Shown here: positions 24,772-36,894 of the stretch, piece after piece
How the letters are laid out: each line of letters starts with the position of its first letter
Position numbering within the stretch: position 1 is the stretch's first letter
From: Selaginella moellendorffii
Lineage: Eukaryota; Plantae; Lycopodiophyta
NCBI RefSeq assembly: GCF_000143415.4
Contig: NW_003314261.1
Location: forward strand, 1,626,117 to 1,690,116
Direction of reading: 5' to 3'
Length of the DNA: 64,000 nt
Translations under genes and position numbers: made by a program
Notes under the pieces: model-generated
What the model saw: only the letters and a program-made list of their open reading frames with translations
Databases searched by the model: none
Told to the model about the DNA's origin: nothing

Positions 24772-25873
24772 TCAGTAAGCTTGGTACAATCCCAGCGAAG
24801 ATTTCTCACGTTCCTGGACTCTTTTCCTGGCGGCCTCTCGCTCCGCTTGAGCTCTGGCCTCCTCGGTCGAGTTTTGCTTCCGGTTGTCTCTCTTTCTCTT
24901 GTTGTTGTTGTTGTTGTTGGCGGCTGCTGCTGTGACCGCGAATGCCGAGGGCCTCCCCTTCACGTCGGCTGCTGGTTGAGGCTTGGACGATCCCAGTTTG
25001 CCAGGCACGGGAGGAAGGTTTTTCTTTGAAACGGTAACACCGGATGATTTGGAAAGCCTGGCTGCTTTTAGAGCTTCTGCTTCGGTTGTCCATTGTCCTA
25101 TTGTTCGCACACACAAGAAGTCAGACTTGGAAAAGGAAAGAACAAAACGTATCCTCACCTAGAACATCGCTATAGTAAAAACCAGACTTCGGATCGAAGT
25201 AGTGACCAGTAGCTGGATTGAACTGGTAGCCTGTAGCAGAATCACTGAACCATTCTACACAAGGGAGGAGAAACATTAACAGTAAGAAAACCACGAAAAC
25301 GAGGAAAAAAAGGAGAGAATCCAAAGCCTACCTTGCTTAGCTTCTTCGATCTGAGAACGCAGAGCTACTGTGCTCTTGCCACTGTAGGTATGTTGGCTTC
25401 CAGATGTTGTACACTCGTTAATCTTGGAGGCCGTCAGCGTTGGAGTCGCCAGAGAACTATTGCCATCGGCAATGTCATTCTGGTACTTCCTCACTGCTTT
25501 CTAAAAGAGAAAACAAAGAAACAAAGAAAAACCACTTAAGTAGTGGGAAGAACAGAAAAGCACTGCTCCAGAAAGAAAAGGAAAAGCTCCTTGACTTACA
25601 GATTCGATGTGTTCCAGCTCTTTAATCGATCGTAGCTCCTCCTTCTCCTTGTTAATGCTGTCCTTGTGGATCTTGGAAACCTTCTTCGCGACATTGTCCT
25701 TGTGCCGCATCCCCAGCTCGTGCGATCGGATGCTCACGGCATTGTTTGCAATGAAAATCCGGCAAAACTCGCACCATTTGTTCCCCTGGCTCACCCAGTA
25801 CTGCGCGCACACGATTTCCATTCAAGATCTAGTCGAGAATCGAGCAGCCACGCAGCGATCTTACCTCCGTCAT
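24772..25873 (-). CDS. ZOP1: U1-type zinc finger + OCRE domain protein (splicing/RdDM factor)
   Basis: MTE|YWVSQGNKWCEFCRIFIANN..SIRSHELGMRHKDNV; OCRE-like DSATGYQFNPATGHYFDPKSGFYYSD; C-terminal AREAARKRVQEREKSSLGLY. Confidence 0.9.
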
Positions 25874-26091
25874 AGCTTCTCTCCAGAGTCGCGAATATTT
25901 GCCCTAGCCAGGGAAATTAGGGTTTAGGCGCGTTAAATGGCGCCCCGGAAGAACACTGTTAACGGCCGGGAAGGAAGCGCGAGTGAGTGATCTGGTGAGT
26001 GGCGCCACTGCCGCATTCTCGTCTTTCGTTGATCGATCGTTTCAGGGACAGGATCTTAAGCGTGGGATGAGATCGCCGTGGGCTGATCGCC

Positions 26092-27618
26092 ATGGAGGAG
26101 AGTTTTTTCTCCCAGATAAGGCTAGAGATTGCGGACGAGTATGAGAAGAGGAATGCCAAGCTTGCCGAGTGCTTGCGATCCATGGAAGGTGTCTATGACA
26201 AGCAAAAGCAGGATTTCCAGAAGAAGCAAACCTCGCTCGAGGCGGAGAACAAAGAGCTCAAGAAAAGGCTAGAGATGGGTTTTTCGCTCGGACCCGGGCC
26301 AAAATCCAAGCACGATGGGCTGCACGACGGAGAACCCAGGCGAGTCAAAGTAAAGTTTTTGAGATTTCTTGGCGTGCTCTCGGTTGTTCTTGGGAGATAG
26401 GAACTTCTTCTCCTTCCTCTTAGAGAGTTTTCTTTCTTGAGTTCTTTTGTTCTTCGCGAAACTAACGAACGTGGAGTTTTCTTTGTGGCAGGAACTCGAA
26501 AGCAAGATTCGAGAATTAAACCAGGAGCTCCAGAAAAAGGAAGAACTGACTGGTTACCGAAGAAAGAGAGACGACTGGGCGAAGTGGAAGCTCGAGGCCG
26601 AGGTGAAAGCTCTCCGCAAGAAAGCCACGGTTGGATGGATGCTTGGAAGTCTATGGGGCGAGTAACACTTTTTCCGTCTTTGCTCTTTCATTTTCTTTTC
26701 TCCATCCGTAGCCAGCTCTTGCCTCATTGAAAAATAGTGTTGTTTGTGTCTTCTCGTTTGCGCAGAAGTGAGCCTCCAGGGTGACGACCTTGGAGAAACC
26801 ATATCCATGGTGAAAATGTTGAGGAAGCTACAGAAGGACCTGGAACGCGAAAGCTGGAACGTCACGGGTGGAAGCACCGATGCTCTGGACAAAGATGTGC
26901 AAGTTCTCCTGGACAATGTTCATGCGGTCATTCAGAAATCTGGAGTCCCAGTTAAGGTACAATCACTTTCTTGGCTTTCTTTTAGAATGTTTTTTTTCTT
27001 GTTTATACGTTTCTAGATCTCCCTTTCAGCCACTCTAGAGTTTGGTCTTGCTTTCTTGTTGAAACTGATCGTTCAAGATCACGTCCAGAATGAAATCATG
27101 TTTTTCTTTTTGTTTTTTCAGAGCAGTAAAAAGGACGAAAGCTCTCAGGCGCCGACGTCTCCCACTGCGGAACGCATGTAAGCTAAGCAGTCGCAGTGCC
27201 GTGCCTTGCACACTACTCATGCACGATATGATCTCTCACACTTTTTTCTTTATCTTTTCGTGCCAGGGCCAGAATCGGCCTCGTCATGTCCCCTCGATCT
27301 CCGGCCTCTCCGGCCTCTCCAAAGTCTCCGAGAAGATCAGTCCCTTCCACTTCTGTGAGCTTTGCGAAGGAGAAAGAGAAGGAAAGAGACGGAGACGTGC
27401 CAAACGCGCTAGCAAACACGCTCCTCGAGATGCACAACTTATGCGAGGATCCGGAAGTCCAGGGCAAGGGCCGGGGTGATATCAAGCAAATGCTCTCCAG
27501 CATCGACGCAAACATCAGAGCTCTGCTCGAGTCCGAAAAGAAGCGCACCACTGTGAACAGTGACAATCCAGTTGGAAAGCCAAGCTCGCCACCAACAAAA
27601 ACCGTGTGGAAAGGATGA
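26092..27618 (+). CDS. Uncharacterised coiled-coil protein (~5 exons)
   Basis: Heptad-rich exons (LEAENKELKKRLE, LESKIRELNQELQKKEE) joined by GT-AG introns, then an SP-rich tail. No family recognised. Confidence 0.65.
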
Positions 27619-27648
27619 AAAAAACAGCTTTTTTCTTCGCCAAGATGA

Positions 27649-27860
27649 AGAACACTCGTTTAGAAGCTCATGGAAGTATTGTCCTTCGATTAAAACTCTA
27701 GAACAACCATGCGTGCGCTCAAAGCCAGAAACAAGCGAATGAAGTTCTTACCGAGCATGGAGTCCTTCCATTCTCCTCGCCTTCCTGAAAAAAATAAAAC
27801 GTTCGCCAAGAACACTAGTTTAGAAGCTCATGGAAGTATTGTCCTTCGATTAAACTCTGA
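27649..27860 (+). repeat. Local duplication of the FAD-oxidase upstream region and first codons
   Basis: ~50-nt aagaacact..tttagaagctcatggaagtattgtccttcgattaaa at 27649 and 27808; ttaccgagcATGGAGTCCTTCCATTCTCCTCG (~27748) resembles the start at 27998. Confidence 0.85.
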
Positions 27861-27997
27861 AACTATAATCATTTTGGTACTAGTTTATCAAATGTGTTAG
27901 TGTTCTACTTTAACCATGCAATCAAAGTCAGGCTTGCTTGCATGGGTGACACTGCTCATTACTTAGCGAATGGAAGCAAAGGAAGTTTTTACCGAGC

Positions 27998-29733
27998 ATG
28001 GAGTTCTTCCATCCTGCTCGTCTCCTCCTCCTCCTTTCGATCTTAAGTCCACTCTCCCTGCTTAGCAGCGATGGAGGCCACAAGTGCACGCCTTTGAGTT
28101 CCTGCTGGCCAAGCTCCACACTCTGGTCGGCTTTCAATCGCTCCATCGATGGCCGCCTCCTCGCCCCAAAGCCATACGCCTGGCCGTGCCACACTCCGCA
28201 ATACGATCCGGCCGCTTGCAGCGCTGCTAGGCAGCTCCAAAACAATCCCTTCGCGCGAAGCGACGTGGTCGGGGCCATGCAAACTCCAACCTGGGAGTCG
28301 GGCATCGCTGGTCTCGGCTGTCCGCTGAATGGAAGCGGCGCTCTTTCCACTCCCTGCTACCAGGACCAAGTCTCCGCGTACGCCATCAACGTCTCCAGCG
28401 TCTCTCACGTCCAGGCCGGAGTTCTCTTCGCGCGAAAGTTTAACTTGCGGCTGGTACCGGGCATGACTACTTTGGCCGGAGCACTGCCACTGGTTCCCTG
28501 TGTATCTGGCTCCACCATCTCACGGACATCTTCACGGACGATTCCTTCGTTCCCGAGAGTTGTCCGGGATGTGATCCGCTCCCTGCCGTGACTGCCCAGC
28601 CTGGAGTAACTTGGAAGTCTCTCTACGATTTCCTCGACCGCAGAGGACGAGTCGCCGTCGGGCCTATGGCATCCTCCCTGAGTGCTGCCGGAGGTTTCGT
28701 CCAAGGCGGTGGCCACGGGCCTCTGTCAAGAACTTTCGGCTACGCTGTTGACAACACTCTCGAGCTCAAGGTGGTGACGGCTGATGGACGAGTCCGAGTA
28801 GCCAACCAGTGTCAAAACCCGGAGTTGTTCTGGGCTCTCAAAGGTGGCGGCGGAGGGACTTTCGGTGTCGTGGTTTCCACGACGTACCGGACCTTTCCTG
28901 AGCTCAAGCTTGGCTACCTTCACACACTGTTCATCGCTGCGTCTTCCAGCCCCTCGAGCCACAGGGATCTCGTCGCCAAGTTTGTGGAAGTCACGCCTTC
29001 CATGGACGAAGCTCGGCTTGCCGGCTACTTCTACATCTACACCAGCCTCGTAATCATCTCTTTCGTGCTGCCGAATGGAACAGTCGCGGAAGCACAGGCT
29101 GCGTTTGCTCCCCTGGTTTCCTACGTCGATAAGAACCCGGAGCTCTTGGTCATCAACAACACTGTCACTTCCCACGACACTTTCGTCCAGTGGCAAGACG
29201 GAGTTCTCTGCGCAGTCAATCCAGTACTGTGCACCGATGCAACCGGGACAAGCGGGCTTTTCGCGACGCGGTTCATGCCCAAGAAGATCTTCCAGGAATC
29301 ACCAGCTGTGCTGACCGACACCCTCATGCGAGTTCTGTTCGAACGTAACTTCAGTCCCATCTTCGGCTTGTTTGTGTTTGGAGGCGCAGCATCGAGCGTC
29401 CAAGGCAGGAACAATGCCCTGAGCGCCGTCTGGAGGGAGGCTCTGTGGCATGTACTCATCGTTAGGACCTGGAACGAGAGCACGAGTGTGGAGGAGCGAT
29501 ATCAGTTTTCTCGAAGTCTCACCTCCGCGAATGGTCTGTTTCGAAGCATCACGCCTGGCGGAGGGTGTTACAAGAACGAAGGAGATTACTTCGAGCCATA
29601 CTGGGAGGAGTCGTTCTTTGGTGAGAAGTACTCGACGCTCAAGGCCATCAAGGAGAGCGTGGATCCGACTGGCCTGTTCTTGTGTTGGAAGTGCGTTGGA
29701 AGTGAAAGCCTGGTTCAAGGTGGAGCTTCTTAG
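27998..29733 (+). pseudogene. Secreted FAD-linked oxidase (VAO/BBE-like), copy 1, frameshifted
   Basis: Colinear with 30177-31943. A 10-nt deletion at ~28455 (ctggtaccgggcatgac vs ctggcgatcaaatcgagcgggcacgac) shifts the frame just before GHD; the remainder is open. Confidence 0.88.
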
Positions 29734-30176
29734 AAATTGTTCTTACGCAAGAGTAAAAGAGACTTAGCATTTCTATCGCGAGAAAGTCGAGTATAAATGC
29801 TAGCCAAAACCGATACGCGAAACAGGACAGTGCTGGCGTTGCTGAAACGTCTGGAAAATGTTAGCTTACCATCCAGCGAAAACAACGTGGAACTCGCATC
29901 AAACCTTTGATCCGATTCACTTGGAATTTTTGGGTCGAATATATCTTCCGGGTTTGGCTGCTGCCAAGATCATAAAAAAAACTCACATTTGACAATATAC
30001 TCCACAAGGACATATATACTTTGCCTTCGTGTCCAAGACCTGATTAAATCCAAGCGTCGTTATGAAAGACTTTGGAGCGAAAGAAGAAAAGACAGGACAC
30101 TTACGTCGCCGAAGTGATCGTGTTGTGGTCCACATACGCTTTAAGTAGGCACAAGGAAGAGAAAGTCCAGCAAACC

Positions 30177-31943
30177 ATGGAGTTGTCCTTTCATCTGATT
30201 CTTCTCTCTCTCCTGCTTAGCAGCTATGGAGAGAGCAGCTGCAAATGCACGCCTCGGAGCTCCTGCTGGCCAAGCTCCACAATCTGGTCAGCTTTCAATC
30301 GCTCCATCGATGGCCGCCTCCTCGCACCAAAGCCATACGCCTGGCCGTGCCACACTCCGCAATACGATCCGGTCGCTTGCAGCGCTGCTAGGCAGCTCCA
30401 AAACAATCCCTTCGCGAGGAGCGAGGTTGTCGGAGCTATGCAGTATCCGAACTGGGAGTCCGGCATCACCGGTTTCGGCTGCCCGCTGAATGGAAGCGGC
30501 GCTCTTTCCAGTCCCTGCTACCAAGACGATGTCTCCATCTACGCCATCAATGTTTCCAGTGTGTCTCACATCCAGGCCGGAGTCGTCTTCGCCAAAAAGT
30601 ATAACTTGCGGCTGGCGATCAAATCGAGCGGGCACGACTGGCTTGGCCGGAGCACTGCGCCTGGCTCGCTGTGCATCTGGCTCCACCATCTCACGAACAT
30701 CTTCACGAACGACTCTTTCGTTCCGCAAAGTTGTCCAGTAAGTGATCCGGTCCCTGCTGTGACTGCCCAGCCTGGTGTTACTTGGGACTTCCTCTACGAC
30801 TTTCTGCGCCAGAGGAACCGGGTTGCCGTCGGGCCGATGGGATCCTCCCCGAGTGCCGCGGGAGGCTTCGTCCAAGGCGGTGGCCACGGGCCTTTGTCGC
30901 GGACGTTCGGCTACGCTGCTGACAATGCTCTCGAGTTCACGGTGGTGACGGCTGATGGACGAGTCCGAGTAGCCAACCGGTGCCGAAACCCGGACCTGTT
31001 CTGGGCTCTCAAAGGCGGCGGCGGAGGAACTTTCGGCGTCGTTGTTTCCGCGACGTACCGGACTTTCCCTGATCTCCAGCTCGGCTACGTCCAGACTCTG
31101 TTCATCGCTGCGTCTGCCACTCGCTCCAGCCACGAAGATCTGATCGCCAAGTTTGTGGAGGTCACGCCTTCCATGGACGAAGCTCGGCTTGCCGGCTACT
31201 TCTTCCTCTACACGAACTATATCACCCTCTCTTTCGTGCTGCCGAATGGAACAGCCGCGGAGGCACGGGCGGCGTTTGCTCCCCTGGTTTCCTACGTCGA
31301 GGGGCATCCCCAGCTCTTCGTCATCACCTACACCGTCACCTCGTATCCAAACTTCGTCCAGTGGCACGACGGAGTCCTCTGCGCGACCAATCCCGGAGTG
31401 TGCACCGATCTAACAGGCGCGCCTCGGGCTCTGGCAACGCGGTTCATGCCCAGGGCGATCATCCAGGACTCACCGGCGGTGCTGACAAACGCCCTCGTGA
31501 GAATTCTCTTCGAGCGGAACTTCAGTCCCATCTTCGGCTTGTTCGTGTTTGGAGGCGCGGCAGCGAGCGTCCGGGGCAGGAACAATTCCCTGAGCGCTGT
31601 CTGGAGGGAGGCTCTGTGGCATGTCAGCCTCTCCCGGACCTGGAACGACAGCACGACGGTGAAAGAGCGGCAGCAAATCTTCCAGTATCTTACCACGACC
31701 GACGACATTCTTCGCAACATCACGCCCGGCGGAGGGTGCTACAAGAACGAGGCGGACTACTTCGAGCCATACTGGCAGGACGCGTTCTTCGGGGAGAAGT
31801 ACTCGGCGCTCAAGGCGATCAAGGAGAGCGTGGATCCAACCGGCTTGTTCCTGTGCTGGAAGTGCGTTGGAAGCGAAAATCTGGTCCAAGGCAACTGCAA
31901 AGCCGCAGGAAATCGAAAATCGGAACATACCTCACTCACATAG
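30177..31943 (+). CDS. Secreted FAD-linked oxidase (FAD_binding_4 + BBE domain), intronless, copy 2
   Basis: Signal peptide; CKCTP..SCWP..W.AFN..IDGRL; IKSSGHDWLGRS; GGFVQGGGHGPLS; PDLFWALKGGGGGTFGVV; CYKNEAD..W..AFFGEKY..L..IK..VDP.GLF.CWKCVGSE. Confidence 0.95.
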   Translation: MELSFHLILLSLLLSSYGESSCKCTPRSSCWPSSTIWSAFNRSIDGRLLAPKPYAWPCHTPQYDPVACSAARQLQNNPFARSEVVGAMQYPNWESGITGFGCPLNGSGALSSPCYQDDVSIYAINVSSVSHIQAGVVFAKKYNLRLAIKSSGHDWLGRSTAPGSLCIWLHHLTNIFTNDSFVPQSCPVSDPVPAVTAQPGVTWDFLYDFLRQRNRVAVGPMGSSPSAAGGFVQGGGHGPLSRTFGYAADNALEFTVVTADGRVRVANRCRNPDLFWALKGGGGGTFGVVVSATYRTFPDLQLGYVQTLFIAASATRSSHEDLIAKFVEVTPSMDEARLAGYFFLYTNYITLSFVLPNGTAAEARAAFAPLVSYVEGHPQLFVITYTVTSYPNFVQWHDGVLCATNPGVCTDLTGAPRALATRFMPRAIIQDSPAVLTNALVRILFERNFSPIFGLFVFGGAAASVRGRNNSLSAVWREALWHVSLSRTWNDSTTVKERQQIFQYLTTTDDILRNITPGGGCYKNEADYFEPYWQDAFFGEKYSALKAIKESVDPTGLFLCWKCVGSENLVQGNCKAAGNRKSEHTSLT

Positions 31944-32910
31944 ACCCCACATAGACATTGTAAATAAAGGTAATACATTTGTTTTCCGAGCACGAAAAAC
32001 AATGACAGCTTGTTTCTCCGAATTTGGCAATGATATGGACTCTGCAGCATTTTTCCAAGTTGGATGTGAACATTGTAGATTTATTTACATATAATTAATT
32101 ACGTTTGAATGCAAGTTATTCCTTGTAAGTAAGATGTAAGCTCCTAATTACATACAATCCACCACGCTTACAATCCATCATGCTTTATGTAAGTTTCCTT
32201 TAATATGGACTTTGGCTACTTATATACATTCCTTGTAGATATAAAATTTTAAAGCCACCATGGTTCATGTAAGCACCCCACTTCCTTGCAAATTCACTTT
32301 TTTAATACTTTTAGCTCTTTAATTCTGACTGATTACCTATCCTCAAAGGTCTAACCCTAAACTCTTAATAATGTTGTTTCCTTTTGGTTGCATCAGAAAA
32401 TTTCATAAAGGTTGGCTTTTATGAAAATTATGGCAATCAGGATTAGGTTCCAGGTCATTGTGGTCTATTATAGGGGAGTGGCTAGGCATCAAGGCACAGG
32501 CCAATAGAAATTTTTTCACAATTAAATCTTCAATATTTCTGTTTGCTTTGCATGGGATCTTTCCATGGAACAAAAGGATGAGAAAATTCCAAATCAAAGT
32601 TGCATCTCTTTTACAGCTTTTGTTCTCCCTTTTTTTTAAAAATTTCTTTCCCTCTTCTGCTTTGTTTGTAATAGCTCCAATGTTTAGAAGAGCCTTTGCA
32701 AGTATTTACATACACTAGACTTGATCCAGGTCTTCCTGTAGAAGTTGAGCAGGCAAGTCTTGGCATGAATCCCCACCACAAGTCTTCATGTAGTGTTCTT
32801 CACGGGATCGAAACATGCGCTGGTCCTCCATTTTCCAACGGAATGACTAATAACACTTTACAATAAATCCTTTGTAGAGTTACAAAAAAGTTGCGTGTTG
32901 GTAAGCTCGC

Positions 32911-35900
32911 TCAGCTCGTGCCGTGATGATCCTCGGCAACTATCTGGCTTGAATCCATGGCGCTGCTCTGCTGCTGCTCCTCCCTCTTAGAGCCTGGAAA
33001 GCTGGCCCTGGCCAGCTCGCGCAGAGTTTTCAGCTCGCTCGAGTTCGTGTCCGACCTCGACGGCCTCGTCTTCTTGCCTTCAAACGACACCGACCTCGAC
33101 CAATGGCCTGGAACCTTGTGAAACGATCCCGCTGGCTGGAGGAGCCTCCCGGAGCCGGACGAAGCCCTCGACTGCTGGCCCAGGCTGCGAGGATCGACGA
33201 GCGAGGGGGAGCCTGGATCGTAGGCCGGACCGCCCGTCTCGGTGAAGGAGATCGGGGAGCTCGAGGGAAGAACTTTGCTGCGTTGTTGGAAGTCCGGGGA
33301 CGGGCTGAGATGCACCACGGGGACCAGTCCGATCCTCGGCTGCTGCGGAGGAGTGATGAACTTGGGCCACTTTCTCTGCGGGATGAATGGAAAAACCAGT
33401 CCTTTCCCCAGCATCCTCATCCCCGCCTCGAACGATGGCTCCTGGGGAGCCGAGAGCTTGAGCAGCTTCTCCATGAGCGCGTACCACTCGTTTATCAGCT
33501 GGCACATGAAGCTCGACAGCAGCAGCGTCACCATGGCGATGCCCAGGCTTCTCCGGTTGTCGGACGAGTGGTCGTCGGGTAACAGGGCCATCCCGATGCT
33601 GAAAACCGCAAGCTCGCACAGCAGCGACACGCTCTCCACCAAATGCACGCCCCTTCGAATGTAAGGCTTGAAGAGGATCAGGTAAAGAAGCTGGATCAGA
33701 GTGACTGCCAGCGCCAGAGAGAGCTGCCTCCACGAGACTTCGCTTCCAGGATGCACTCCAAAGACTATTCCCAGGGTGGCACGCCTTGCGATATCGGCCA
33801 TGATGTAGAAAACTCTGGCAGCACCTATTAGCTTGTGCGCTTTGGAGACGGACATGTCGACGCTGTCTTCGTCGGAGTTGACGGGCTTCATCCTGCCGAT
33901 GCCTTTGCCTTCACTGTCCACCCATTTTGATCCATAGTCCTCGTCCACATATACCACCCTGGGAGGACCTTTCCGGTTCTCAAACAGCAAGCCAAACTTG
34001 GGGATGAAACTGGACGAGAGACCCTCCTTGCGGACCCACTTTCCAATGTGACTTTCGCCGAGTAGCAAACGCACTACTCCCCGGCAAACGTGACCGCCTG
34101 CCTGACTCCTGTACTCTTTGTACTGAACCAATGCACCCCAGATGACCGCGACCAGCAAAAACATCAGCACGGAGAGGAAGAAGCCAGTTGGAACTGCAAG
34201 TAACAACACTCCCACAATGATCCCACCGGTTGTACCACCTGAGCAAGGCAATCGTGACTCGCACAAGCAAAATAACAGCAGACTTCTTACCCCGAATGAT
34301 GAAGGCCGCTGCTTGACAGATACACGGTAAAGCAACGTAAAGGAGAAAAATCTCGAAGCGAGGAAGGGAAAGAGCGCCTCTGAGAGTTGCCTCCGTTCTC
34401 CATCGTAGAAAATAGAGTAGCAACAGGTGGAAAAGAACGAAACCACCCCCGAAAACTCCCAACCAAAACATATTCTTCCCGAAGTCGTTCCATCTGTAGC
34501 TTGAATCGAAGAAGTTAATTATATACATGACCTTGTGAACTTCTACGTACCCGTTATATTTCCCTTCAAGAACGACAGATTCTCCGTGTTGCATCTGTGA
34601 GAAAGCCTCCAGGTAAATGATAGCAACACAATGCGTCATTTGTACCTGAAAGAAAAGCCTATATTCGTCTGAGCTTAACGCGGGTCCATAAAGAGTTGTG
34701 TTGGACCCCAGCTTTCGGCGTGTTTCCAAGTAATCCAAAGAATAAGGACTGTTGGCTTGGTAATGTAGCTTATGGCTCAGAATAGATTGCTGTTTTTCCC
34801 ATGGAAGCTTGACGTGAGGGATAAACCATTTCATGCTCCGGACAGTTTCACTATACTCAACAGGAAAATTCGTTGAGGCATAATATGATAACGCAAACAC
34901 TTGTAGATGTCCGGCCATTCCCTGCATACATTCCATCAGTACAGAGTGGCATCCTCATGATTCACATACCAGAAGATTTCCTGATGGATTTGACACAATA
35001 GAGCTCACAGTCCTGCTAGTAATCGCACCAGCTCCCCCCAAACTAGTGGAGGCTATAGAGACCAGCCCCGAAGTTATGAATGTAGCAAGTATACCCGCTG
35101 TGACAAAACAAGACGAAGCGACTGCAATTGCAGGTGGTGAATCTAGAAACAGAGTAGCCCGTCAGAAACAAGAAACTTTTTCTCTACTGAAAAGACTGAA
35201 AAACTTACAATGGCGTACTTGCAGCTGATTGGATGCAAGATTTGGATTTCCGGCAATATCAGTCGTCTTGTTTTCAGATATAAACACCGTGACAACTTGG
35301 TCAGCGGGAATGAGTAGCTCCGCGAAGTATTTGCTCTTAGTTATTTCGCTTAGCCTGCAATCCGGAAACGTTTAAAGTTGATAACCCAACATAAATTTGC
35401 TAACCTCGTAACTTTGCCAGCAGACAAGTTGAAATCTAATGAATCAAATAAAAAAACCGGTTCAGAAAATTCAATCCAGACTCCGGTAGTGCGTTTCCTT
35501 GTTTTCACGGACGACGATGGGGATAGTAGTAACTCCGGCCTCTTACGATCTAGAGCCAAGCTTCACGGTTATTTACATTCACAAGAAAGGATTACCGTAT
35601 AAGAAGCTGACACGGTTTGACTGCAATACGTAAGTTCCATCACGGCTTTGCAAGCCTCCCTGAAGTTGTACTGTCACAACGGCGGAGTCCGAGATATTCG
35701 TGAGCTGGGGAAAGAGACTTTGAGTGCCGAAATATAAGAATGCAGTTTAGTTACCAGAAAGCCGTATCTCCGCTTGCCGTGACTTTTTCTTTCTGTTGGT
35801 TGAAGAACACCATCAGTAACATTCAAGGCTCCAAGAATCTCTTCAGTCGTGTTGACTATAGGCCGTGAAAAGTCCAAAAATATCCCAAGGTCGCCGATAT

Positions 35901-36894
35901 CTCTGGTCACCTGCAGGGATCGCGGTTGCTTATTGACTACCACTTGAACTTCCGTGATTCCGGTCCAGAGGTTAACATCAACAGGAGTTCTGTCTGCAAA
36001 TGAAACACCACAATTACATTCATACTATAGCTGAAAGAGCATACCAAAGCGCACAATGACACTCGAGTTGTCTCCCCTCCGGAACTTGTTCCCAGCCAAA
36101 TCGCTGCAAAATTCTTTTCCTAACGCAACAATGACTCGGCCCGACTGAGTTGCAGCTGATAAATTGAGTACAAGGTTGTACTCCAAATTCGGTCGGATAA
36201 CGCGCAAGCTTGATGGCACAATACTTCCAGGACCGTGGGTAGCTACCTAGAAAAGTTGAAAATTGTTTGCAAGAAAGCATTTTCTACCTTTTTTAAAAAC
36301 TTACAGGACAATTTGCAATGTCAGAACACTTAAAACCACCATCTCCAGCGCAAGATTCACTTAATATGATATGCAAAGTGGCATTCAAGGCATTGGTAAA
36401 TTCTCTGTCAACCGTTATTGATCCGGTTGGGGCTATAGAATCTGTAAATTGGTCGTTAGATATGAAAAACCGAGAAACTGGGGAAACTGACCGACAGTCC
36501 AATTGTAGCTCACGGATGCTGAAGAATTGACCCTCTGTATCGAAACTTCAAAAACGTGATCGCCATCTATTAAACTCGAGTAAGAATCTCCGCGAGAAGC
36601 GCAATCGTGAAATGGCGATCCATCCAGCTGCGCATCAAACAGCAAACTTTAAGAAACGAGATAGAAAGAAAAAAACAAACACAAAGAAACACAAAGAATC
36701 CGATACAGTACCTTGCATTGAATAGCACAGTCACTGCAAGCATCGTTTCCTCCCGAGGCATTCTTTACCATGAACTCAAAGGTGGCATTCCTTTGAGCAG
36801 TCACGAGCGCCGGTGCTCTCGTAAGCACTGGAACCTGAGCTTGAGCCCATAAACATCCCGACAAGAGCGAAAGAATCCACAGCAGCGACGCCAT
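32911..36894 (-). CDS. Large membrane protein: signal peptide, repeated Ig-like ectodomains, multi-pass TM domain (At3g48200-like)
   Basis: N-terminal signal, CSDCAIQCK|LDG..DC, DGDHVFEV, YNWTV|D..APT, repeated F(S)E/RP(V/I) and DxAGN motifs; C-terminal hydrophobic helices; many GT-AG introns. Confidence 0.85.

Noticed and set aside
30072-30176. TTG-initiated N-terminal extension of oxidase copy 2
   Set aside because: ATG 30177 precedes the signal peptide and aligns with the start of copy 1.
30288-31367. 359-aa antisense ORF, and similar antisense ORFs over other GC-rich exons
   Set aside because: Shadow frames from GC3-rich codon usage; no recognisable motifs.
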